This document shows positions 10,023 through 17,465 of a stretch of 64,000 bases of DNA, piece after piece. The position numbers were made by a program, and so were the translations under genes. This DNA comes from an uncultured Pseudomonadota bacterium. GTDB taxonomy: Bacteria > Pseudomonadota > Alphaproteobacteria > RF32 > CAG-239. Numbering within the stretch: the first letter of the stretch is position 1; each line of letters starts with the position of its first letter. Under the pieces are notes generated by a model that ran no database searches, was not told the origin of the DNA, and saw nothing but the letters and a program-made list of their open reading frames with translations. Location of the stretch: NCBI GenBank assembly GCA_902799835.1, contig CADCCF010000006.1, positions 25,803-89,802 of the forward strand, in the 5' to 3' direction.

Positions 10023-10874
10023 TTACAGTGCGTCGATTGTTGAATTTTCCTGTTGTTTAATAACTTGCAGATTGCGATAATCTATGACTATATAGCTTTT
10101 TTTGTCACCGTCAACACTAATACTCAAAGTTACTTCAATTTTATCGTTATGATAGGTTGAAAACAAGACAGCAGTTCCATTTTCAAGTTGTGTCAAAAAT
10201 TCAGGATTACCGATAGGGGCGTCTTCTTCGGTGATAATTTCCTTGCCATGGGCATCTTTATTTTTTTTGGCGACTTTTGCCGGAATAAATTCTTGTTTCA
10301 TGTTGCCATATTTTTTATTCAGATATTCAGAGTATGTTTTGTAATAACTCAGGATTTTGTTCGCCGAGGCATCATCGTCTACGAGTTGAGAATATGCCAG
10401 TATACGATAAAGCTCATCAGTATCACCAAAGGATAAATATATGCGGTCAAAAAAGTCGACCATCTTGGGCAGGCGAGAAGCCTGGTAAGAATTAGGGTGG
10501 TCTTTCATTTCAACAAAATCCAGCAGGACGCCTTGGTTGCGGGTTGTTGCAATCGAGGCATTCCATAATAGTCCGAAAGGAGCGGGAAAAGTTTGAGCTG
10601 AATTGGTTTGGGGTAAAGTTTTTTGGATTGATTTAAAAGCCGGAATTTCTTCACTGATTAGTTTGCGAGGAGTTTGGTTTAACAAGGCTTTAGCTGAATT
10701 TACGGCTTGTTCTTCCGATTGTTTGTTTGCATCCTGAGATTGAGAAGCTGTAGTTTCGGCTCTTACTATTATATCGGAATCGTCAAACAATAAATTAGGA
10801 GAAGTATAATCATCTTCAGCAGCAGCATTGGAGATTAAAAACACACCAATTACAGCCATTATAATTTTTTTCAT
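10023..10874 (-). CDS. Secreted hypothetical protein
   Basis: Has the signal peptide MKKIIMAVIGVFLISNAAAEDD. I recognise no motifs. Confidence 0.5.
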   Translation of the reverse strand: MKKIIMAVIGVFLISNAAAEDDYTSPNLLFDDSDIIVRAETTASQSQDANKQSEEQAVNSAKALLNQTPRKLISEEIPAFKSIQKTLPQTNSAQTFPAPFGLLWNASIATTRNQGVLLDFVEMKDHPNSYQASRLPKMVDFFDRIYLSFGDTDELYRILAYSQLVDDDASANKILSYYKTYSEYLNKKYGNMKQEFIPAKVAKKNKDAHGKEIITEEDAPIGNPEFLTQLENGTAVLFSTYHNDKIEVTLSISVDGDKKSYIVIDYRNLQVIKQQENSTIDAL

Positions 10875-10993
10875 TGTTAAATATCCTTGTGTTATGTTGC
10901 AAAATTAAATTGAACCTGTTACTAATATATTTAATATAAGCATAAGTTTGTAATATTTGCAATTTTTTTATTTGAAAAGTTTGGATTGATTTT

Positions 10994-11614
10994 ATGTTTG
11001 AGACCAAAGATGAAAGATTGAAGAATTTTGTACACAACAGAATCAAAAAGACCTTGTTGGCAGTGGGACGCAAAATGGTGGCTGAAGGCGGCATAAGAGC
11101 TTTGAGTGCTCGTAAGTTGGCACTGAAATCCAATTCTTCGGTCGGTATGATTTACAGTATTTTCGGCACGATGGATAATTACATCGCCATTCAAAATGCC
11201 ATGACTTTGGAAGAACTATATGCACAGATGAAAAAAGTCAGTATGAGTAAAAATGCATTCAATAATCTTAATCGCTATGCTGATGTTTTGGCTGCTTATA
11301 TTATAGCGAATCCGAATTTGTGGAGTTTGTTATATAATCGTCATCTGTCAACGGGTGCGAGTAAAAGTACAATGGCGGAAGCGCGAATCATCAAAAAAAT
11401 TGATATGCTGATTTGTTTGCAAGCGGTGCAACTGATTGGTGACATAAGTGCCAAAGAAAAGCGTATGATGATAAAAGTTTTGGAAATGAGCTTGTTTGCT
11501 TTAAGCGGCTATTTGTTAGGATGTAAATTACGCGAAAAATCAGGTCTTAATCGGCGCAATTTGTGTAAGTTACTGATGAATACTTATGTTGCGGGACTTT
11601 ATAGTCTGAGGTGA
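10994..11614 (+). CDS. TetR/AcrR-family transcriptional regulator
   Basis: Has an N-terminal HTH pattern: GIRALSARKLALKSNSSVGMIYSIFGTMDNYI. Confidence 0.7.
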   Translation: MFETKDERLKNFVHNRIKKTLLAVGRKMVAEGGIRALSARKLALKSNSSVGMIYSIFGTMDNYIAIQNAMTLEELYAQMKKVSMSKNAFNNLNRYADVLAAYIIANPNLWSLLYNRHLSTGASKSTMAEARIIKKIDMLICLQAVQLIGDISAKEKRMMIKVLEMSLFALSGYLLGCKLREKSGLNRRNLCKLLMNTYVAGLYSLR

Positions 11615-11615
11615 T

Positions 11616-12182
11616 ATGGAAAACATTTGGCAAGAGTTTGTTGCAAAAGTTTTACAATGGTGGAATGGGGTGAATTCACCAGACTTTTTGGCTGAGTTTT
11701 TCAATAATCGTTTCTATATTATATTGTTGGTAATCTTTTTGGTGCATCTAAAACAATACAGTTATCGTTCGATATGGAGCGCGGCACTGATTAATATTCC
11801 GGGAACCCTGTTACATGAATTGATGCATTTTTTGGTGGGGTTGGTGTTGTATGCTCGCCCATGCAATTTTACGATTTGGCCAAAGCGCAACTTGGAGGGT
11901 TATGTGATGGGGAGTGTCGGATTTCGCAATGCAACTTTTTATAATGCGGTGCCGGCAGCATTGGCGCCATTGTTGCTGTTACCAATCGGGTTTTATATCA
12001 ATCGTTATTTGTTGCCGGAGATGAAACCGACTTTGGTAAATTGTATACTTTATATATTGTTGCAGACGGTAATTATTGAAAATGCCCTGCCGTCGAAAGC
12101 GGATTTTAAGGTGGCGGGAATGTATAAAAGCGGAGTGATTTTTTATGGCATAATAGCAATCGCTTTAATTTCTATGATATAA
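11616..12182 (+). CDS. Small polytopic membrane protein with an HExxH motif (putative membrane zincin)
   Basis: Carries PGTLLHELMHFLVGLVLYA flanked by hydrophobic helices. It starts 1 nt after the TetR stop. Confidence 0.5.
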   Translation: MENIWQEFVAKVLQWWNGVNSPDFLAEFFNNRFYIILLVIFLVHLKQYSYRSIWSAALINIPGTLLHELMHFLVGLVLYARPCNFTIWPKRNLEGYVMGSVGFRNATFYNAVPAALAPLLLLPIGFYINRYLLPEMKPTLVNCILYILLQTVIIENALPSKADFKVAGMYKSGVIFYGIIAIALISMI

Positions 12183-12196
12183 TTTTAAAGCAACAA

Positions 12197-12238
12197 CCCC
12201 TCTCGAGTTTTACAACAAGAGAGGGGTAAAGATTTTTT
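12197..12238. terminator. Bidirectional rho-independent terminator between convergent genes
   Basis: CCCCTCTC (12197-12204) pairs with GAGAGGGG (12219-12226). A T-run lies at 12233-12238 and an A-rich tract lies upstream. Confidence 0.75.
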
Positions 12239-12596
12239 AATAGCGGGAACTTTGGATTTTTTTGAAAGGCCAGCGCAGGGTACGCCATATAGCCAGAAAG
12301 ACACACCCGATCAGTACCAAAATATAGCCCCAAATGAAAAATAGGCTGATAAAATTCATTACAACCACAAAGTGGTTGCAAATGATTTTGGCACCAAAGT
12401 TTTTACGAGGATAGTCAATAATGTCCTCTTGGCAGACGATGAAACGCCAAAAATCCGGGTAGTTGGCTAACTCGTAGCCGTCATCGGCAATGGGACCAGC
12501 TATCAATAATAGTCCCCAAAACAACGTTGGTAACATCGCAATAACGATGAGAATCTGCCACCAATAATTGGTGATGAAATTTAAAATACTTTCCAT
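12237..12596 (-). CDS. Hypothetical small membrane protein (about 3 TM)
   Basis: 119-aa ORF with hydrophobic helices (WWQILIVIAMLPTLFWGLLLIAG and FISLFFIWGYILVLIGCVFLAIW). I recognise no family. Confidence 0.4.
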   Translation of the reverse strand: MESILNFITNYWWQILIVIAMLPTLFWGLLLIAGPIADDGYELANYPDFWRFIVCQEDIIDYPRKNFGAKIICNHFVVVMNFISLFFIWGYILVLIGCVFLAIWRTLRWPFKKIQSSRY

Positions 12597-12727
12597 AATT
12601 GAAAAAATTTTGGGTTAATAAATGCGAATAATTTTTGTTGAATGAACGATAAAGCGTTTGGTTTGTTTTTGCAAGAATTTTTTTAGCAAATTTGCTTTTT
12701 TCTAAAAAATAACCGCATAAAATTTAA

Positions 12728-12756
12728 TTGATTTTTTAGACTCTTCTGAGTATGAT
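12728..12756 (+). promoter_or_regulatory. Candidate promoter for the pyrophosphatase gene (TTGATT, 17-nt spacer, TATGAT)
   Basis: The hexamers were read directly, about 90 nt upstream of the ATG at 12848. Confidence 0.35.
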
Positions 12757-12847
12757 TTTGGTCATAATATAGCGAATCGATAAACCGTGTTTTAAAGGTG
12801 CTTCGTGCTATGTTTGTATTTGTGTTTAAACTATTAAGGAATCTAAA

Positions 12848-15268
12848 ATGATAAACTTAAAAAAAGTAAGTGCATGGGTTGGTGCCATTCTCTTGGCAAC
12901 GGCTAATGCTGCATTTGCTTCCGAGATGGATTTGAAAGTTCCATCTTTGGATGTAGCTTATAACATTTTCGGTTACTCGGTTACCGGGTCACAGATTTTG
13001 TTGTATGGCTTGGGACTTTGCGCATTCGGAATGTTGTTCGGATTGTGCGAATTTTTTGGAATTAAAAGATTGCCTGCACACGAGGCTATGTTAAAAGTTT
13101 CAAATACTATTTATGAAACTTGCAAGACTTATATGCGTCAACAAGCCAAATTGTTGGTTTTGTTGGAAGTATTTATTGCAGCTTGTATCTTTTATTACTT
13201 CTACTATTTGAATCACACACCGTTACCTAAAGTTTTGACTGTTTTAGGGTGGTCATTATTAGGTATTTTGGGGTCGTTCTCAGTTGCTTGGTTTGGTATG
13301 AGAATCAATACTTATGCAAACTCTCGCACTGCATTTATGTCACTTAAAGGTAAGCCTTATCCGGTTATGAACCTGCCTTTGCGTTCTGGTATGTCAATCG
13401 GCGTTTTGTTGGTTTGCGTTGAACTCATTATGATGATTTCAATTTTGCTCTTTGTTGATAAAGAAAATGCCGGCGCTTGCTTTATCGGATTTGCTATCGG
13501 CGAATCATTGGGCGCTTCCGCTTTGCGTATTTGCGGCGGTATTTTCACCAAGATTGCCGATATTGGCGCTGACTTGATGAAAATCATTTTCAAAATTGAT
13601 GAAGACGATGCTCGTAACCCGGGTGTAATTGCTGACTGTACCGGTGACAACGCCGGCGACTCAGTCGGACCTACCGCTGATGGTTTTGAAACATATGGTG
13701 TTACCGGTGTGGCTTTGGTTAGCTTTATCGTTTTAGGTGCCGGCATGATGTATGCCAACAACGGCGATTTGGTATTGATGGCAAATGGCGTTGATATTCA
13801 AGCTCGCTTGATTGTTTGGATTTTCACCATGCGTTTGTTGATGATTTTGACTTCAATTGTTGCCTATTGGTTGAACGGCATGGGATCAAAGCTCGTTTAC
13901 GGCAACAAAAAGTCATTCGATTTTGAGAAACCTTTGACCAGCTTGATTTGGTTGACTTCCTTGATTTCAATCGCTGTAACTTTCGGTGTTTCTTACATCA
14001 TGATTGGTGAATTGGATGCAGATCTGTGGTGGAAGCTTTCGGTTATCATTTCTTGCGGTACTTTGGCCGCAGCTTTGATTCCGGAATTTACCAAAATCTT
14101 TACATCTTCCAAGTCAAAGCATGTTGAAGAAGTTGTTAATGCTTCACGCGAGGCCGGTGCTTCGTTGAACATCATTTCCGGTATTGTCGCCGGTAACTTC
14201 TCAGCCTTCTGGCAAGGTTTGGTTATGGTTGGTTTGATGGCTGTAGCCTACTTTACCGCACGTTCCGGTTTGGATGGCTTTATGGTTTATCCGACAGTAT
14301 TTGCTTTTGGTTTGGTTGCTTTTGGTATGCTCGGTATGGGTCCGGTTACTATTGCAGTTGACAGTTATGGTCCGGTTACCGACAATGCTCAATCTGTATT
14401 TGAATTATCACAGATCGAGAATATCAAAGGTATTGAGAAAGAAATCAAGAGTGAATATGGTTTCAAACCTGATTTTGAAAAAGGTAAACATCACTTAGAA
14501 GCCAATGACTCTGCCGGTAACACCTTTAAGGCTACAGCAAAACCGGTTTTGATTGGTACTGCGGTTATCGGTGCGACAACCATGATTTTCTCAATCATTT
14601 TGTTGTTGAACCTGAAACTCAACTTGTTGGATCCGGAAGTTTTGTTCGGTATCATCTTAGGTGGTGCAGTTATCTTCTGGTTCTCGGGTGCTTCAATGCA
14701 AGCGGTTTCGACTGGTGCATATCGTGCAGTTAACTATATTAAGAAACACATTAAACTTAATACAGCTAAAGCTGCTTCGATTGAAGATTCTAAGAAAGTT
14801 GTTCAAATTTGCACATTGTATGCACAAAAAGGTATGTTTAATATCTTTATCGTAATCTTCTCGTTTACGATTGCATTTGCTTGCTTTGATGCAAATTTGT
14901 TTGCCAGCTATTTGATTTCAATCGCGGTATTTGGTTTGTTCCAAGCCTTGTATATGGCTAATGCCGGTGGTGCGTGGGATAATGCCAAGAAGGTAGTTGA
15001 AGTTGACTTAAATGAAAAAGGCACTCCATTGCATGATGCATCAGTTGTTGGTGACACCGTTGGTGATCCTTACAAAGATACTTCATCAGTGGCCTTGAAC
15101 CCAATCATTAAATTTACCACTTTGTTCGGTTTGTTGGCGGTTGAAATGGCCGTATCCGCTCCGAAGTGCGTATCTATGGGCTTGGGTATTGCCTTCTTTG
15201 TTTTGGGCTTGATCTTTGTATGGAGATCGTTCTATTGCATGCGCATAGAGCCTAAAGTCAAAGACTAA
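12848..15268 (+). CDS. hppA: Membrane-bound proton/cation-translocating pyrophosphatase (M-PPase), long divergent form
   Basis: Carries GGIFTKIADIGADL, DDARNPGVIADCTGDNAGDSVGPTADGFETY, GGAWDNAKK and GDTVGDPYKDTSSVALNPIIKF. The GNTFKATAKP motif has Lys at the position that marks K+-independent enzymes. Confidence 0.9.
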   Translation: MINLKKVSAWVGAILLATANAAFASEMDLKVPSLDVAYNIFGYSVTGSQILLYGLGLCAFGMLFGLCEFFGIKRLPAHEAMLKVSNTIYETCKTYMRQQAKLLVLLEVFIAACIFYYFYYLNHTPLPKVLTVLGWSLLGILGSFSVAWFGMRINTYANSRTAFMSLKGKPYPVMNLPLRSGMSIGVLLVCVELIMMISILLFVDKENAGACFIGFAIGESLGASALRICGGIFTKIADIGADLMKIIFKIDEDDARNPGVIADCTGDNAGDSVGPTADGFETYGVTGVALVSFIVLGAGMMYANNGDLVLMANGVDIQARLIVWIFTMRLLMILTSIVAYWLNGMGSKLVYGNKKSFDFEKPLTSLIWLTSLISIAVTFGVSYIMIGELDADLWWKLSVIISCGTLAAALIPEFTKIFTSSKSKHVEEVVNASREAGASLNIISGIVAGNFSAFWQGLVMVGLMAVAYFTARSGLDGFMVYPTVFAFGLVAFGMLGMGPVTIAVDSYGPVTDNAQSVFELSQIENIKGIEKEIKSEYGFKPDFEKGKHHLEANDSAGNTFKATAKPVLIGTAVIGATTMIFSIILLLNLKLNLLDPEVLFGIILGGAVIFWFSGASMQAVSTGAYRAVNYIKKHIKLNTAKAASIEDSKKVVQICTLYAQKGMFNIFIVIFSFTIAFACFDANLFASYLISIAVFGLFQALYMANAGGAWDNAKKVVEVDLNEKGTPLHDASVVGDTVGDPYKDTSSVALNPIIKFTTLFGLLAVEMAVSAPKCVSMGLGIAFFVLGLIFVWRSFYCMRIEPKVKD

Positions 15269-15307
15269 AATAAAACCTCGCTTAGAGGTCATCTAATACA
15301 GAAAAAT

Positions 15308-15368
15308 CTCCTTTTGTTCGGTTACGTACGCTTTTAGTACGCGCCCTTCACAAAAGGAGGTTTTTCTT
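15308..15368 (+). terminator. Rho-independent terminator of hppA with a nested hairpin
   Basis: CTCCTTTTGT (15308-15317) pairs with ACAAAAGGAG (15350-15359), followed by GTTTTTCTT. The 32-nt loop contains the CGTAC-N7-GTACG mini-hairpin. Confidence 0.7.
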
Positions 15369-15426
15369 GATTTACTGACTCACTAATCAAGGTTTTAGAT
15401 ATTAAGTCATGTACGCTTTTAGTACG
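15326..15426. repeat. Two perfect copies of the 16-mer GTACGCTTTTAGTACG, 85 nt apart
   Basis: The copies lie at 15326-15341 and 15411-15426. Each is followed by (C/T)GCC, and each is itself a small GTAC...GTAC hairpin. Confidence 0.8.
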
Positions 15427-15515
15427 TGCCTGTCGCAATTTACGAGGGCTCTTATTATTTACCACATTCTTCGGAACTTTTGCTTACTTTTTTAATAATA
15501 TTTTTGTCAAAAAAC

Positions 15516-15544
15516 TTGACTTTTGTCTCATAAAAAAGTACAAT
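15516..15544 (+). promoter_or_regulatory. Near-consensus sigma-70-type promoter (TTGACT, 17-nt spacer, TACAAT)
   Basis: The -35 is at 15516-15521 and the -10 at 15539-15544. A strong Shine-Dalgarno (GAGGAGGA) follows, just upstream of the ATG at 15582. Confidence 0.6.
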
Positions 15545-15581
15545 GGACTTAGCTACAATGATTATATGAGGAGGACGGAAA

Positions 15582-16280
15582 ATGAAGAATAAGGATGGGG
15601 TATGGGAAGATGCACAAGCTCGTAAATTTTACAGAGAGCATGCTGATATTGAGATGAGGATAGCAAGTTGGATAACAAAATGCGGAGTTCCTGGCTGTAA
15701 TGCTTTAAGAGAGGAAGAGGTGGGTCTTTTTTGCGATTATATAAGAGAATGTGGTAAAGAATCAGAGTGTTTAGTTCTGGCTGAGAAGCTGATTGATAAG
15801 ATGATTGATTGTGATTATCCTGATCGCAAAGCTGTTTTGTTGGGGCTGGGAGAGTATGGATCTTTTCCTTGTGACGACAGAGAATTACTCAATAAAATTG
15901 AAAATGTTGTGAAAAGATGCGATAAAATGGATGAAGGGGCTATTTGCGCGGGAGTGAGCGCACTGAATAATATAGCTAGAAATACTACTTCATCAGCAAC
16001 AAAAAAGATGGTCGCTGAGGTGTTTAAAAGGAATTTTCGTGATGGTGCCGCTGTTGGCGATAATGATCCCAGATATGATATAAGTTTTTTGAATGGGAGT
16101 GAAGAAGGAAGAAAATTATTACAAAGTATGAAAAGTCTTTGTGAAGGTGGAAAAGCTACAGAATCAAATAGTAATAAATCAACTCGACCCGTACTACCAG
16201 AATCACATCAGCCACCTTTATTGAAACGTATTTTTGGGGGGAGGGATAAAGGAAGTAGTAAAAATGGTTTGAGTTTATAG
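15582..16280 (+). CDS. Orphan Cys-rich cytoplasmic protein, possibly HEAT-like repeats
   Basis: 232-aa ORF with a strong promoter and RBS and no signal peptide. It carries repeat-like segments (RKAVLLGLGEYG and AICAGVSALNNIA) and a Ser/Lys/Gly-rich tail. Confidence 0.6.
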   Translation: MKNKDGVWEDAQARKFYREHADIEMRIASWITKCGVPGCNALREEEVGLFCDYIRECGKESECLVLAEKLIDKMIDCDYPDRKAVLLGLGEYGSFPCDDRELLNKIENVVKRCDKMDEGAICAGVSALNNIARNTTSSATKKMVAEVFKRNFRDGAAVGDNDPRYDISFLNGSEEGRKLLQSMKSLCEGGKATESNSNKSTRPVLPESHQPPLLKRIFGGRDKGSSKNGLSL

Positions 16281-16290
16281 AGTTTAAGGT

Positions 16291-16506
16291 TTTTTGTACA
16301 CCGCGCTAAAGAGGAAGCGAGAGTATTAGGCTTATTAAAACTTGAATTGTAAAAACTGCGTATAACAGCTCATCTAGAGCCAAAATCGCGAGGGGGGTAA
16401 AATTTATGTAGGTCTGTCTACGTAGAAATTTTATCCCCTCTTATTTTAACTCTATCTGAACCATTCTCCGCAGTTTTGGGATACAGCGCTAAAGAGGAAT
16501 AGAGAA
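16291..16506. repeat. Imperfect direct repeats flanking the palindromic element
   Basis: The 14-nt core GCGCTAAAGAGGAA occurs at 16303-16316 and 16486-16499. The flanks are similar: TTTTG..TACA upstream and GAGA downstream. Confidence 0.7.
16351..16478. repeat. 128-nt imperfect palindromic element between convergent genes
   Basis: The element is centred at about 16415. The perfectly complementary blocks are AAAACTGCG (16352-16360) with CGCAGTTTT (16469-16477), GAGGGG (16390-16395) with CCCCTC (16435-16440), and TAAAATTT (16398-16405) with AAATTTTA (16426-16433). Confidence 0.65.
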
Positions 16507-16511
16507 TGTTG

Positions 16512-17096
16512 TTATTTAACTTTGGTTAGTAAGTGGGCTAAATGGACTTCGTTTTGAGCTTGGTTGATAATCGACATCGTTTTTTGCGGACTTTGGTTGC
16601 TCAAAGCTGAAATAGCGGTAACATACTCACCTTGTTGTCCCTTAGCGGCTTCAATTTTCAATTCACCATAGTTATAAAGTGCGAATCTGCGGGTTGCCAC
16701 AGCTTTTTTGATTTTTTGTAATTCGGCATGTTTAGTTGCAGGTTTTTCCATATCAATATAAACACCTTCGCGACTATATTGCCACATTCCTCCGGTTGCT
16801 ACATCGGTCAACCAACTGGGCCAGAAGGTCAAATTAAGAATTGATGCGGTGCTTAAAGATGATTTTAAGATTTGCTGTTGGTCTTCATAACCATCTTTTT
16901 TGGCAACGGCAACAACAGTTGACGATGAGCGGTCAATCGGATAAACGCAAGGAGTTTTACAGGCTTTTACACCATTGATGTAGATAGTTACACCTTTAAC
17001 ATTGGAATCAAAACTCATATCTTGGCTGGTTCCGTTAAAAATTGTTCCGCATGCGGTCAAAGCCAAAATCGAAACTAAAGCAATTTTTTTATTCAT
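16512..17096 (-). CDS. Lipoprotein, possibly with a PEGA-like beta domain
   Basis: Has a signal peptide with the lipobox ILALTAC. It then carries GVTIYINGVKACKTPCVYPIDRSSSTVVAVAKKDGYEDQQ. Confidence 0.6.
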   Translation of the reverse strand: MNKKIALVSILALTACGTIFNGTSQDMSFDSNVKGVTIYINGVKACKTPCVYPIDRSSSTVVAVAKKDGYEDQQQILKSSLSTASILNLTFWPSWLTDVATGGMWQYSREGVYIDMEKPATKHAELQKIKKAVATRRFALYNYGELKIEAAKGQQGEYVTAISALSNQSPQKTMSIINQAQNEVHLAHLLTKVK

Positions 17097-17124
17097 TTTT
17101 CAAACTTCCTTTTTTCTAAATATT

Positions 17125-17325
17125 AAAAAAAGTCGCCTGATGAAGGCGACTGGAAGTTGACAACTATTAGTATGATATAGTGCGGTATATTGACCGCAAA
17201 GGCTTATTTTACCGCCTTCCAGTCATTTGTTTAAATAACCGTTAGGCGTGTAAAATTTAACGTCTTACACTATTTTGACGCATACTAAGAGGTTGTCACA
17301 CCCCAGAACAATCATCGGTTGTTCT
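17125..17325 (-). promoter_or_regulatory. Candidate structured 5-prime leader (attenuator or riboswitch-like) or small RNA, ending in an intrinsic terminator 29 nt upstream of the lipoprotein ATG
   Basis: Read on the minus strand. The terminator is AGTCGCC-TTCATCA-GGCGACT followed by TTTTTT (17125-17151). An 18/17-nt closing helix pairs 17281-17298 with 17158-17174. A 5-prime hairpin AGAACAA/TTGTTCT lies at 17305-17325. The alternative pairing GACTGGAAG (17216-17224) with CTTCCAGTC (17148-17156) invades the terminator stem. Confidence 0.45.
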
Positions 17326-17408
17326 ACTTTTCAGGCTAACGTGAAACTCTTAAAAACTCAAGTGAAAAAAATAAAAATTTAGACATTGGTCATAGTTTTA
17401 AAGATATG

Positions 17409-17437
17409 TTTACATAAATAGTAAAATAATGTATTAT
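17409..17437 (+). promoter_or_regulatory. Candidate promoter (TTTACA, 17-nt spacer, TATTAT)
   Basis: The -35 is at 17409-17414 and the -10 at 17432-17437. The RBS GGAAGGA lies at 17451-17457. Confidence 0.45.
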
Positions 17438-17465
17438 GTTGCAATAGGCCGGAAGGAATTTGCAA

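Noticed and set aside
10816-11194. The 105-aa and 87-aa minus-strand ORFs that cross the intergenic region and the TetR gene start.
   Set aside because: They overlap a promoter region and the TetR HTH-coding segment. Their products are low-complexity and they have no RBS.
13357-13761. A 134-aa ORF lies antisense to the pyrophosphatase gene.
   Set aside because: It is a shadow ORF inside a strongly supported CDS and has no start signals.
15326-15426. A possible CRISPR-like repeat formed by the two GTACGCTTTTAGTACG copies.
   Set aside because: There are only two copies of a 16-mer. The window has no cas genes and no regular repeat-spacer periodicity.
17125-17325. Assignment of the structured leader to a known RNA family (TPP, SAM-II, cobalamin, FMN, glycine, c-di-GMP, ZTP, fluoride or Mn riboswitches, or 6S, SRP, tmRNA or RNase P RNA).
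   Set aside because: I could find none of the conserved core sequences I know for these families by eye. I therefore report it as unclassified rather than name a family.
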